A stretch of DNA of 64,000 bases from Candidatus Poribacteria bacterium (GTDB lineage Bacteria; Poribacteria; WGA-4E; PCPOR2b): assembly GCA_965218095.1 (NCBI GenBank), contig OZ244587.1:6176001-6240000 (forward strand), in the 5' to 3' direction. Of this stretch, positions 51,244 through 61,598 are shown in pieces. How positions within the stretch are numbered: the stretch's first letter is position 1; every line of letters begins with the position of its first letter. The notes beneath the pieces are model-generated. The model was not told where the DNA came from. It saw nothing but the letters and a program-made list of their open reading frames with translations, and made no database searches. A program made the position numbers and the translations under genes.

Positions 51244-51378
51244 TTGAATATTGCTCCTACGAATTGTTTCTGATGTCTCGTGGCTTTTACAGATTGATGA
51301 ATTTTTGGATGGACATAGTGAGTCTACAAGGAAATCTAATATTGTCGAGATAAACAACCGTTGGGGTATTGATTCATT

Positions 51379-52239
51379 CTACCGCACATACAGTGCAAGA
51401 TGTTTCCGTGAACGCCGTAGCCCATTGGCTTGCGCGTCCCAATCTTTCCAGTAACGATAGTCTTCCAACTCGACGCTGATAATTCCGTCGAAGCCTTCGT
51501 CCTCAAGCCGTTGAACCACCTTGAGCCAATCAACGACGCCATCCCCAGGGATGCAATACCGCCACCAATCCTCACCAAAACCGTGTGGGGAGTGAAAGCT
51601 CGGCCCCAAATTGCCGTGGAGGTAGAGCGCTTCTTGATCGAAGACAGTATCCTTGCCGTGGACATGCACAACGTAAGAAGCAAATTCATTGAGCATACGC
51701 AAGTAATCGACGCCGATGCGGACGAGATGTGACGGGTCATAGTTCACGCCGAGCCCTTTTGGGCATTCCGCGAACATCGCCTGCAATGTTTCCGGGGTAC
51801 AACCGAGCGAGGGACAATAGGGGGCGGGACCGGGCCAACCTTCAACGGAAATCGAAACCCCTCTATCCGTCGCAAACTCGGCTATCGGTGGAACGGTCTC
51901 CCTCCACAGATCGAAGGTTTTCGCCCGTCCAAGGCTTGGGTCTTCCGGTGCGAAAACGCAAAACATGATATGAACACCGTTATCGGCTGCCGCTTGGATG
52001 GCAGCTTTTGCGGCTTCTGCTCCTGCTTCCTGCTTCGATTTATCAACGCTTAACAGGTCGCGGGTGCCCGGCAGATCTGCGCTGCCGATGACCAATCCAG
52101 CGTCTCGTGCCGTCTGTACGATTTCGGGCGTAACTTCGCCGATATCGACAGCGTCAAAACTGTTATCTGCGCACCAACGGCAGAACTCATCAAAGGGCAT
52201 CTCCCGCCCTGCACCCGGTATACATAAACCAATTTTCAT
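51379..52239 (-). CDS. sugar phosphate isomerase/epimerase
   Basis: NYDPSHL, HVHGKD, IPGDGVVDW, ISVELED. Confidence 0.88.
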   Translation of the reverse strand: MKIGLCIPGAGREMPFDEFCRWCADNSFDAVDIGEVTPEIVQTARDAGLVIGSADLPGTRDLLSVDKSKQEAGAEAAKAAIQAAADNGVHIMFCVFAPEDPSLGRAKTFDLWRETVPPIAEFATDRGVSISVEGWPGPAPYCPSLGCTPETLQAMFAECPKGLGVNYDPSHLVRIGVDYLRMLNEFASYVVHVHGKDTVFDQEALYLHGNLGPSFHSPHGFGEDWWRYCIPGDGVVDWLKVVQRLEDEGFDGIISVELEDYRYWKDWDAQANGLRRSRKHLALYVR

Positions 52240-52386
52240 ATTTTAGAGATCTCCTTTGTCGTTTGGATTTGTCAAACCGATGCGGATTTTTCAGTTAGCT
52301 GAGTAGAACGCGCAATGTTCGTCCGAGAATCGGACATATTCTACTTCATCCATCGGTGAAAGACGTGTAAAATTGGCTTGTGATAC

Positions 52387-53595
52387 TTATTCGGTAGGTT
52401 TCTCTCCTTCAATCAAGCCAAAGGTATCACGCGCAATCATCAACTCCTCGTTCGTGGGGATGACAAGAATCTGTGCGGGGGAATCTTCTCGATGAATTGC
52501 CTTTTCAACGCCGCTTGAATGGTTCCTTTCTTCGTCAACCTGAATCCCCAGGAACCCGAGTTTTTCGCAAATTTTGGCGCGAATGGACGGAGCGTTTTCC
52601 CCAATCCCTGCGGTGAAGATTAGCGCGTCCAAACCGCCGAGAACAGCCGCATATTTCCCAATATATTGACTCACGCGGTAGCAGAACATTTTTAGCGCAA
52701 GTGCCGCCTGTGGATTGCCTTCCGAAACGGCTTGGAAAAGATCGCGAACATCTGCTCCCACTCCTGAGACGCCAAGCAGGCCGCTTTCACGGTTCAGCAT
52801 TGCATGAATTGCTTCGGCGGACATCTGGGCTTCAGCCATCAGGTAAAAAATAATCGCAGGATCAATGTCACCACAACGTGTCCCCATCATCAGGCCTTCG
52901 AGGGGCGTGAATCCCATGCTGGTATCGATTGATTTTCCCTGGTCAATAGCGGTGATGCTACAACCGTTTCCAAGATGGCAAGTAATCAACTTGAGCGACG
53001 CCAACGGGCGTGCGCAGATCTCCGCTGCCCGCGCTGAGACGTACCGATGCGAAGTTCCATGAAAACCGTACCGACGAACACCGTGCCCTTCGTGAAGCCA
53101 ATAGGGAAGTGCGTACATATAAGCGTAATCTGGCACCGTTTGGTGGAACGCTGTGTCGAATACCGCAACGTGTGGCACATTCGGTAGGGCTTCACGACAC
53201 GCGCGGATCCCACCTAGATTATACGGGCTGTGTAGGGGGGCTAGGGGTACACACTGATGAATCGCTGTTTCAACTTCGGGCGTGATTAACGTGGATTCGG
53301 CAAAACGGCTGCCGCCATGGACGACGCGATGTCCAACAGCGGTAATCTCATCAAGATTTTGGAGGATGCCTTTCTTCTTGCCGAGGAGTCCTGCAACGAT
53401 TAGGTGGAAGACCTGTTCGTAATCTATCTGTGGGACATCAGTCTGACCTCTACCGTGCCGCTCATAGAATAGATTTGGAGACGGAGAATTCAACCGATCG
53501 ACTTGCCCCTTCGCCACGCACACTTCGTGCGTCATCTCAAAACATTGATATTTAATAGAGGAACTTCCTGCGTTGATTGTCAATATCAGGGGCAT
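52387..53595 (-). CDS. ackA: acetate kinase
   Basis: INAGSSSIK, GHRVVHGG, FDTAFH, YGFHGTSH, HLGNG, TAGIGEN, PTNEE. Confidence 0.97.
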   Translation of the reverse strand: MPLILTINAGSSSIKYQCFEMTHEVCVAKGQVDRLNSPSPNLFYERHGRGQTDVPQIDYEQVFHLIVAGLLGKKKGILQNLDEITAVGHRVVHGGSRFAESTLITPEVETAIHQCVPLAPLHSPYNLGGIRACREALPNVPHVAVFDTAFHQTVPDYAYMYALPYWLHEGHGVRRYGFHGTSHRYVSARAAEICARPLASLKLITCHLGNGCSITAIDQGKSIDTSMGFTPLEGLMMGTRCGDIDPAIIFYLMAEAQMSAEAIHAMLNRESGLLGVSGVGADVRDLFQAVSEGNPQAALALKMFCYRVSQYIGKYAAVLGGLDALIFTAGIGENAPSIRAKICEKLGFLGIQVDEERNHSSGVEKAIHREDSPAQILVIPTNEELMIARDTFGLIEGEKPTE

Positions 53596-53648
53596 GAGAA
53601 CGTAAAGTGTCATACGTAATGGGCTCTTACGCATTACGTATTATTTCG

Positions 53649-55418
53649 TTAATCGACCGCTTCATCCGGGTCATCAGCGGATAGGTCTTCGCCACGATGG
53701 AGACGCAACGCCAAATTCGCTGTCTGGTACAAAGCACGTGCAGTCGGAGCGTGGGCGGCTAAGTACCGTGCTGCCGCGACAAGCGTCATCCGAGCGCGTG
53801 CTTCGTCTAATTCCTCGATTTGATGCAAAGCCGCTTCAAGCATCTGGAAGGAGTGAAACTCTGCGTCTTCACGCAACAGGGCGTGCCCCAACTTTTGGAT
53901 GATGGCTTGACGGGGATGACCAAGTGACAGATAGCGATAGACGTACATGCCTGCCTCATCCGCTTGCGCCTGGGTATTGAGCAGATTGACGAAGCCATTG
54001 AGTAATTCATCAGCTTCCGTTGAAAGGTTATTGGTATCTCGCCGATTTTGTGGTAGACGCGCCGCCGGCATGTTGAACCACCGACCGAAGTAGATCGCTA
54101 TTGCCCCATGGAAGACGCCGCGAGCAAGTTCCAATGACGGGGAACGTTTCGCACACTGATGAAGCGCATTGGCGTAGGTGTAGGTGTGTAGGACAGCGAT
54201 CCAATCGCCAAACTCGTTTTTTGTGTGGAAACGAGCAATCCGCATCGCCGCCGCGTAGGCGAGCGTCTGTGTTAGTTCTGTTAGGGTTGCTCCTTCCTTG
54301 AATGCCTCCTTGAGGGCTTCCATCGTAGCAAGCGGATCATCTCCTAGCAAAACTTCGACTAACTTTTCAGTCTCCTGCCACTGTTTACCTTCGCCAAGTT
54401 CTACAAGCGTCTCTAGTTCGTCAAATGCGTCGTTAAGAAGGGGGACAAAATCTATCGGACTGCGCCACCGGTTTTGCTCTTCAGCGCGTGGTGAGGCTGC
54501 AAGTCCACTGGCGAGCGTCGGCAAGATTTCACTCGCTTTTTCCCAGCCGATGCGCTCCAGAAGTTCAAAACCCTTGTTGATGAAATCAAGGGTATGTCCG
54601 CTATCACGATAGAAGTGATCTGTCGCGGCGGCGACCATCATATCACAGACCTGCGCAGGCGTCCCGCCGGACGAAATTGCGGTCAACACTGCACGTTCCG
54701 CACCGTCGGCGTTGCGGACTTCGATGAAATATCGGAACCACTCTTTCAGGCGCTCGATCGAGTGTTGGTCTGTTTCAAGCGGTGCAAGTGCCACACGCGG
54801 CGGGGAAGCCGCTACCTCCTGTGAAACGTGGAGTAATCCCTGATAGAGTGCAAGTACTCGGTCGGCTTCTGCAAGTTTTGGAGCGACATTTGCCATTGCC
54901 GTGAGAATCGTCAGCCCCGGGCCCCAACCAGCACGACGCCCATGCGCGCCATACAGTGCACCGACCTCAACGATATCATCCACCGGCGCACGATTTGCAC
55001 GGAGAGCAATCACCGCTTTAGCGATAATCAAGTTGATGTTCTGTTCAAGTCCTTCACCCAAACGTCGCTTCCAGCGAGCAATGGGGTTGTGTCTGTCTAA
55101 ATGGATATTGACATAGACGTGCCCGTTATCGACCTGGACCGGATATGATTGCACATCATCTGCAAAAGGGTCAAACGTGCAGCCACTCTCTAAATCGAAC
55201 CGGGCATAATGCCAGTGACAAATCAAAATGCCGTTATGAATTGTCCCGCGATTGAGAGGATACCCCATGTGTGGACATCGATTGTCTACTGCGTGGATTT
55301 GACCTTCACTGTTCGCCAAAGCAATCGAATGCCCCTTGATATTGACAGCAATAATCGAACCTTCAGGGATGTCCGCGACACTCGCGCACTGTATGAAGTC
55401 AGCAATTATTTCAGCCAT
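53649..55418 (-). CDS. Rieske 2Fe-2S domain fused to a large His-rich helical region
   Basis: CPHMG..CHWH; repeated helical units with GHTLDF, LHTYTYANA, FHSFQ. Confidence 0.8.
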   Translation of the reverse strand: MAEIIADFIQCASVADIPEGSIIAVNIKGHSIALANSEGQIHAVDNRCPHMGYPLNRGTIHNGILICHWHYARFDLESGCTFDPFADDVQSYPVQVDNGHVYVNIHLDRHNPIARWKRRLGEGLEQNINLIIAKAVIALRANRAPVDDIVEVGALYGAHGRRAGWGPGLTILTAMANVAPKLAEADRVLALYQGLLHVSQEVAASPPRVALAPLETDQHSIERLKEWFRYFIEVRNADGAERAVLTAISSGGTPAQVCDMMVAAATDHFYRDSGHTLDFINKGFELLERIGWEKASEILPTLASGLAASPRAEEQNRWRSPIDFVPLLNDAFDELETLVELGEGKQWQETEKLVEVLLGDDPLATMEALKEAFKEGATLTELTQTLAYAAAMRIARFHTKNEFGDWIAVLHTYTYANALHQCAKRSPSLELARGVFHGAIAIYFGRWFNMPAARLPQNRRDTNNLSTEADELLNGFVNLLNTQAQADEAGMYVYRYLSLGHPRQAIIQKLGHALLREDAEFHSFQMLEAALHQIEELDEARARMTLVAAARYLAAHAPTARALYQTANLALRLHRGEDLSADDPDEAVD

Positions 55419-55690
55419 TTTGTACACTCCTTTCTTTAATTTTAGCAGGGGGAGTTATCAGTTCCAACTTCCGAACCCAAGCAGTTTCTCACAAGCCAAT
55501 GATGGCTACAGTTTGTTAATGCAACCAACTTCTTTGAACAACCCCAACGCTTAAGCAGTCAATTGTAGGCTAACCGTAACTAAAAGTCAAGCGAAAAGAT
55601 TTGTCCTTAGAAATTCCCCACGCATGGGTTCAATCGATTTTACCGAGGGGCTGACCCAGAAAAAACGGGTACAGACAGACTTCGAGTATG

Positions 55691-55726
55691 AGTCGTCGGC
55701 AAATGCTCACGGGTTTGCCGACAACT
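55691..55726. repeat. 13-bp-stem REP-like hairpin
   Basis: agtcgtcggcaaa-N10-tttgccgacaact (one mismatch). Confidence 0.6.
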
Positions 55727-56011
55727 GAGTAGAACCACCTCCTTTCGATTGGTAGTTTTGGGGTGAATGTATCGCCGAATCATTTCATCGCAAAGTTTAC
55801 GACCGATAACACCGAAATTCAACCTGTTTTTTCTCGTGGGGAATTTCTAATTTGTCCTTTGTTTGGGATACCCAAACGTGACATCGGATCGGTATTCGCA
55901 CCGATCCAACACCCTTTTTCATTCCAACTCTTACTTGATCGGCGGATTTTTTTCGCGGGTTAACAGCGAAATCGGATATAATTAGAAAAACATGTAAGTG
56001 AGGAGAGGTCT

Positions 56012-57361
56012 ATGTTCAGTTCTTTACTAGCCAAACGTGCATCAGAAAATAACCCCATCCGGGTAGGTATCATCGGCACCGGGAAATTCGGTGCCGGTCT
56101 GGTGGCACAACTTTCCCGTATGCAAGGCATGGAAGCCTGTGCCATCGCCGATATTAACTTAGACCATGCGAAGCATGCCTACACAGCAAGCGACGTACCG
56201 GCGGAAGCCATAAAAGTTGTACAGAAGGTCGAGGAGATGAACGAAGCCATCCACAGCAGCAAACGAGCAATAACCGAGGACGGACTTCTCGTTGCCCGTT
56301 CTGATCTGGTAGATGTGGTGGTAGAAGCTACCGGGATTCCAGAGGTCGGCGCCCGTATGGCGTATCACACCTTGACTCATAACAAACATCTGGTCATGGT
56401 CAACGTGGAGACCGATGTGACCGTGGGCCCTTTTCTAAAGCGCCTGGCCGATACCGCCGGCGTCGTCTATACCTTAGTGGACGGCGATCAGCCCGGCGTG
56501 ACCATGAACATCGTCGATTGGGCGAAGGCGCTCGGGTTTGAGATTGTCGCTGCCGGTCGTGGCACGGTATTCTACGGTGATGATAGGGAGGGAACGCCGG
56601 ATACAGTGCCGGAGCGTTTTGGTTTCAGCGAGGAGTTGATCAAGCGACGGACGATTAACTTCAAGATGTTCAACTCATTCCGGGATGGCACAAAGGCACA
56701 GGTCGAGATGACGGCGCTGGCGAACATGACCGGGTTGGCACCAGACGTGCAGGGGATGCACGAGCCTTCACTTAATATCCCTGATATCGCCCGAACCTTC
56801 AGTCTGCGAGAAGAGGAGGGGATTCTTAGCCGGCATGGGGTAGTTGAACTCGCCAATAGTGTAGCGGCAGATGGTAAGATCATGCTGGATGCGCCGCTCC
56901 GGATGGGAGTCTTTGTGGTCATCCGGACCGACCATCCCTTCATTCAGGAGGATCTGACCGGCTACCATCTCCATCCGGGGGGTAATGGCAAAAACTTTCT
57001 GCTCTACCGTCCGTACCACCTGGTGGCGGTCGAAGCCCCGATCTCTATCGCAAATGCTGCGCTCTACGGGCAACCCACCGGTGCGCCGTTGACCGAGCCG
57101 GTGGCAGATGTAATTACCGTGGCGAAACGAGATCTGAAGCAAGGCGAGATTTTGGATGGCGGCGGTGGGTACACGGTCAACGGACTGATTGAAAAGGCGG
57201 AGATTGCCCGTGCGGAAAATTTGCTTCCGTTAGGCTTGGCTTCCGGGGTTAAGCTGAAGCACGATGTGACGAAAGGAACGGCGATCCGCTACGATATGGT
57301 TACGCTCGACGAGGATTCTTTTGTTCTCAAGCTGCGTCGTCTACAGGACGCGATAACTTGA
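56012..57361 (+). CDS. NAD(P)-dependent oxidoreductase with C-terminal SAF domain (homoserine dehydrogenase-like)
   Basis: GIIGTGKFG, NVETDVTVG, GDQPG, DGTK, YRPYHL, AKRDL..LDGGGG. Confidence 0.88.
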   Translation: MFSSLLAKRASENNPIRVGIIGTGKFGAGLVAQLSRMQGMEACAIADINLDHAKHAYTASDVPAEAIKVVQKVEEMNEAIHSSKRAITEDGLLVARSDLVDVVVEATGIPEVGARMAYHTLTHNKHLVMVNVETDVTVGPFLKRLADTAGVVYTLVDGDQPGVTMNIVDWAKALGFEIVAAGRGTVFYGDDREGTPDTVPERFGFSEELIKRRTINFKMFNSFRDGTKAQVEMTALANMTGLAPDVQGMHEPSLNIPDIARTFSLREEEGILSRHGVVELANSVAADGKIMLDAPLRMGVFVVIRTDHPFIQEDLTGYHLHPGGNGKNFLLYRPYHLVAVEAPISIANAALYGQPTGAPLTEPVADVITVAKRDLKQGEILDGGGGYTVNGLIEKAEIARAENLLPLGLASGVKLKHDVTKGTAIRYDMVTLDEDSFVLKLRRLQDAIT

Positions 57362-57386
57362 CAGTCACTGGACAGTATACTATACT
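57358..57386 (+). promoter_or_regulatory. sigma70-type promoter
   Basis: TTGACA-17-TATACT. Confidence 0.6.
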
Positions 57387-57427
57387 CTCCGACAGCCTTC
57401 CTTTCATTTCAAAATCAGGAATCCATC

Positions 57428-58051
57428 ATGATGCTCAAACGCATGCTTTTTTGGCTTCTCCTTTTTCTCTCTTTATTGACCGTTGCTTCCGCCCAACAGG
57501 TAACAAAGGCGGACATTCAAGTGTTAGACCCAAACTATCCAATCTCGAAACAACGGTTAATAAAATTATCAACGCCTGTCCACTGTCGAAAACACTGTCC
57601 ACGGCATAGACAAGGGCTTAAACCAGCCTCGAAATCACGGTGAAGGAAATGGACAGACGGCTGACAACCGAAATTAAAGCCGTTAATGGACGAATTGATG
57701 AGATGGATAAACGTCTAACCGGCAAGATTTAATGAGTTGGACAAGTGTCTCACTTCCCGTACCGATACTCTGTTCTGGGCGATGAGTGCGTTGATTGGGG
57801 TGGTCCTGGCGGCGATTGCGTTGCCTCAAGTGCTGGGTTATCTTTATGCGCGACGCGAACGACAGGAAATCCAACAACTGATTCAAAACTCGCGGGTGGA
57901 CATGCAATAACAGGTGCAAGACTTCCGAGCGGAGATGCGAGACATGGGAGATCGTATTGAACGCCAGTTGCAGGTGGTGCTTGAAAAATTGAGCCAACAC
58001 GATCAGGAGATTGAGGAACTGAAAGCCCAACGGATTGTCACACCTTCCTAA
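57428..58051 (+). pseudogene. signal-peptide, coiled-coil, single-TM protein with several frameshifts and a TAA at 57908
   Basis: MMLKRMLFWLLL..AQQ, EMDRRL/ELDK heptads, LFWAMSALIGVVLAAIALPQ spread over different frames. Confidence 0.6.
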
Positions 58052-58064
58052 TCTACGGAAACAA

Positions 58065-58100
58065 AAACGCCCCATGTAGCCGAAGCCACATGGGGCGTTT
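58065..58100. terminator. strong hairpin, probable terminator
   Basis: aaacgccccatgt-agccgaagcc-acatggggcgttt. Confidence 0.65.
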
Positions 58101-58101
58101 G

Positions 58102-58245
58102 CCAGAGAATCGAAGAAACCGCAAGCAGAAAAAACGAGGACGGCCGCGCCTGTTCGATGCGGGAATTTATGCCAAGCGGTTTTGCGTTGAGCGAAGCTTT
58201 GCTTGGGTGGACAAATACAAGCAATTACTGATTCGATTTGAGCGG
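58102..58245 (+). mobile_element. IS5-family transposase C-terminal remnant
   Basis: RGRPRLFDAGIYAKRFCVERSFAWVDKYKQLLIRFER (Y-x2-R-x2-VE motif). Confidence 0.8.
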
Positions 58246-59144
58246 ACCGCCGCCAAAAGCTCCTATCGAATGATCCGGCTTCGGTTTCTTACCGAAATCC
58301 CCATCACTCTTCTCGTTGGAGAGAATCGTGATCTCCGTCACCTCCACCGTATCGACGGGAATCACGCCAATCTCCGGGACCTGCGTCTTGCTCGGAAGCG
58401 CCGAGCCAATCAGCTTTTCGATTGGGTAAAGTGGGCTATGGGGGACAGTGAGACTCAGAAAAGCAACGATCAACACACCGGTAGCCGAAAGCCCCATGGT
58501 AGCGAGGTTTTGGTCGGAGCGGTCTGGATCTTTGTTCCCTTGATCATCTCGATAACACGAAGGGTAAAAGCAGGTTGCAATCTTTGCTGCGCAAAGGTTG
58601 TGGTCATCATAATAATCATCTCCTCTTTTATTTGCGATCTCGCGCGACTAAGTCGCATATTGATGGTGTCAGGAGACGTTCCTAGAAACTGGGCAATCTC
58701 CTTGCTCCTCATGCCTCCCAGATAGTAGAGGGTCAACACTTGCCGATGCGTCTCGGGGAGCGAAGCCAGGGCGTCGTGGAGCACTTCATATCGCAAGTCC
58801 TCCTGATAGGCGTCCAGCGAGGGGCGCTCTAAGCACGCCGTGTCCTGGTCTTCAACGTATTCCGTATCCGGTCGTCTAGATCGCGAGCGCCAAAAGTTCT
58901 TGCAGCGATTCGACGCAATTGAGTAGAGCCATGCGAAGAAGTTGTCCCATCGTTTCAACGTCCCTAGCTTCTCGTAGGCGTTGAGGAACATCTCCTGGGT
59001 CAGATCTTCGGCGTCGTGGAAATTGCCAACCTTCGCGTATACAAATGCATAAAGGCTTGATTTGTACTTGTCCACGAGAAAGTCGAAGGCTTCTGCATCA
59101 CCGTCCAGACATTTCCGGATGATGTGTCCGTCTCCCGTGTGCAC
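58246..59144 (-). pseudogene. ECF sigma-70 factor with TM and extracytoplasmic extension; frameshifted and truncated
   Basis: DAEDLTQE, WLYSIA, EIAQFLG..RLSRAR; G4 run shifts into GLSATGVLIVAFLSL; cut by the IS5 remnant. Confidence 0.8.
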
Positions 59145-59423
59145 GGTTTTTCTCCTATCTGATTGAGGCTTTCATGAGTATAGAAACCGCAAATGACCAA
59201 AACCTAATATGGGTTGCTGATTTTTTTATCACAATTGCAAAAAAGTGGAGATGATTGATGCCAATTCTATTTTCGCATAGGTTCAGATCTAGATCAACAA
59301 AAAAGGCCCGTGTCACTCAAGGCACACGGGGCACTGCTTACAGATTCTGATTGATGTTTGGTGAAAAAACGCAATCAGGGATGTGTTAGTTTTCGGGTTT
59401 AACCTTCCGAAGGTTTTGTGCCA

Positions 59424-59855
59424 CTAGGGAATCTCAACGACCACATACCGCTGTTCGACCGCCACACGATAGGTCTCGGCGGTGTACGGTCCCTTCTCCA
59501 AACCTGACGATGCGACTGCATCACCGTCTTCTACGCTCACCTTGTATTTTCTAACGCGCCTCTGCGTTGGGTTCCACCATGACTGACCCGTTTTGATATC
59601 AAACTCCCAACCATGCCAGACACAGCGTAGGATCTCACCTTTGCGAGTGTACCTGTACTCGCCAGGCGCGTTGGACTCCAGGAGGCCTGTCAGACGGCCC
59701 TTGCACAGCGGGCCTCCCTGATGCGGACAACTATTCCGAACGGCATAAAACTCACCATCAATGTTGAAAACACCGAGGGACCGTCCTTCAAGGTCAACAA
59801 TTTTGCGTTCACCCGGCTGAATCTCGTCTACAGTTGCAACGACATGTTTTGCCAT
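59424..59855 (-). CDS. Rieske 2Fe-2S ferredoxin
   Basis: CPHQGGPL..CVWHGWEFD. Confidence 0.93.
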   Translation of the reverse strand: MAKHVVATVDEIQPGERKIVDLEGRSLGVFNIDGEFYAVRNSCPHQGGPLCKGRLTGLLESNAPGEYRYTRKGEILRCVWHGWEFDIKTGQSWWNPTQRRVRKYKVSVEDGDAVASSGLEKGPYTAETYRVAVEQRYVVVEIP

Positions 59856-59992
59856 AGGATTCTGAAATGTGAAACGTGATGAGTGATATGTAACCCAAGT
59901 TCAGAGGTACAAGCGTACAGGCTTCACTAAATCCCTGCACTTCTGTACTCATGAACCAATGAACTCCTGAACTATTCTTGATTTGCAGATTT

Positions 59993-61057
59993 CTACAATC
60001 GATATAGCTCACGCGCATTCTCAGCCATGATTCTTCGCTTCAAATCCGGCGCGAGATTTGTCGGGAAGGCGCGATCAGGTGCGTCAAAGTCCCAATGCGG
60101 ATAGTCAGTGGCGAACATCAGCTTTTCCTTAGCATTGAGCTGATCAAGCAACAGGTCGAAATACTCCCGCTTGGGCGGCTCCTCCACCGGCTGGGAAGTG
60201 AGCCAGAAATGCTCTCGAATGTACTCCGACGGTAGGCGTTTCAGATCCGGGACTTCATCTTTCAACTTCCGCCAACTCTGGTCGAGTCGCCATATCAGCG
60301 GCGGCAGCCAGCCAAAGCCCCCTTCAATTAAGACAAATTTGAGCGTGGGGAAGTGCTCAAAGACGCTCTCACAGACGAGGCTAATCACCTGCGTCTGAAA
60401 CGCCTGGGGCATGCCGCCGTGGTCCTCGATGTAATAGGAGGGCCAACCGGCACCGCTAATCGGGTAGCCTCCCGAGCCGCCGAAGTGAATCCCTATCGGC
60501 AGGTCATTGCGCACAGCGGCCTCGTACATTTTCCAATATTTACGTCGGCCCAAGGGTTCGCTCGTGCGTGCAATCAACAATACCTGCACAAACTGCCAAT
60601 CGCCGCCACGCTGATCTATCTCTTTCGCCGCCAATTCGCCATCTTCATAAGGAACGACAATTGACCCTCGCAGACGCGGTTCCGGCTCAACCCATTCTGC
60701 AATCTGCCACTCGTTAATTGCCCGTGACAGCGCCGCGCCGTACTCCAGATTGAGTTGTCCGCCGCATCCCATCAGGGGGTTCAGAATCCCGTATTCTATG
60801 TCCCAGGCGTCGAGTAACTGCTCTTGCATGAAGGCGAGATCTGAACCAGGTGGCAGGCCGGAGGGCGGCCAAGAATCATGCCTAGCAGCATTCGGCATCG
60901 CCCGTGGATAGTATCCCCCCGCATGCCCACGCCCGCCGATCGTTTCGTGATGCTTCTGCCAACGTTCAGACAGGTATGGAACCAACGCGTCCTCCGATGG
61001 CAGGTTGTTGTGAATATCACCGTCAATGACAGGTACTGTTTCTCGTGTTCCTTTCAT
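59993..61057 (-). CDS. amidohydrolase (Amidohydro_2 family)
   Basis: IDGDIH, IGIH, IEGGFGW, TSQP, FATDYPHWD. Confidence 0.92.
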   Translation of the reverse strand: MKGTRETVPVIDGDIHNNLPSEDALVPYLSERWQKHHETIGGRGHAGGYYPRAMPNAARHDSWPPSGLPPGSDLAFMQEQLLDAWDIEYGILNPLMGCGGQLNLEYGAALSRAINEWQIAEWVEPEPRLRGSIVVPYEDGELAAKEIDQRGGDWQFVQVLLIARTSEPLGRRKYWKMYEAAVRNDLPIGIHFGGSGGYPISGAGWPSYYIEDHGGMPQAFQTQVISLVCESVFEHFPTLKFVLIEGGFGWLPPLIWRLDQSWRKLKDEVPDLKRLPSEYIREHFWLTSQPVEEPPKREYFDLLLDQLNAKEKLMFATDYPHWDFDAPDRAFPTNLAPDLKRRIMAENARELYRL

Positions 61058-61230
61058 CTGTGTTTCCTCCCTCTTGGTTAAGGACAGCTTGGGTTTTCAA
61101 TCCATCCTGCGATGTTTCCCCTACAAAATGTGGTTGTCACAAATTTCAGACTGAGAAAACTCTTTCTTGAAAATAAAGTGCCATAAAAATCAACGCTATA
61201 AGTAGATTAGGGCTTGATTTCCCTGATAAA

Positions 61231-61428
61231 TTATAGTATTGGATTGGTCGCGATCTGGTTGGGGCGCACAAAGAATCCGCTCCCAAATCCAAGCGGCTGA
61301 CCGTTGGCATCTTCCATGACCAAGAGCACGGTAGCGTCTAACGCTTTTTTGGCAATCTGCGGGGACGTTTGGGCGGTTGCCACAGTCATGACGCAGCTCA
61401 GACACGCGACTAAGATAAAACGTAACAT
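61231..61428 (-). pseudogene. N-terminal stub of the same secreted trypsin-like protease family
   Basis: QIAKKALDATVLLVMEDANGQPLGFGSGFFV..QIATN, breaks just before the catalytic His. Confidence 0.85.
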
Positions 61429-61429
61429 C

Positions 61430-61487
61430 TCTTTCTCTTTTCATCAAACTCGATTTCGTCTTTCTCTTTTCATCAAACTCGATTTCG
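61430..61487. repeat. perfect 29-bp tandem duplication
   Basis: tctttctcttttcatcaaactcgatttcg x2. Confidence 0.95.
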
Positions 61488-61598
61488 GGCGAGAAGGCGG
61501 TCGTTTTCCGCCGGGTAGTTCTTACCCTTACCTGAAAACGGAAGAAAAAAGTGTACAACTCTTTCCCACAATGAGGGGGTGTATCTTTTTAGGGTAAG

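Noticed and set aside
55640-55822. IS200/RAYT transposase remnant (DEMIRRYI) beside a hairpin
   Set aside because: The resemblance is a few residues only, with no HUH motif
12692-58496. Phase variation at homopolymer frameshifts (T7 at 12692, G4 near 58492)
   Set aside because: The runs are short and cannot be distinguished from sequencing error or ordinary decay without reads
58090-58725. Intact 211-aa transposase
   Set aside because: Only about 48 codons resemble IS5; the rest is the antisense of the sigma gene
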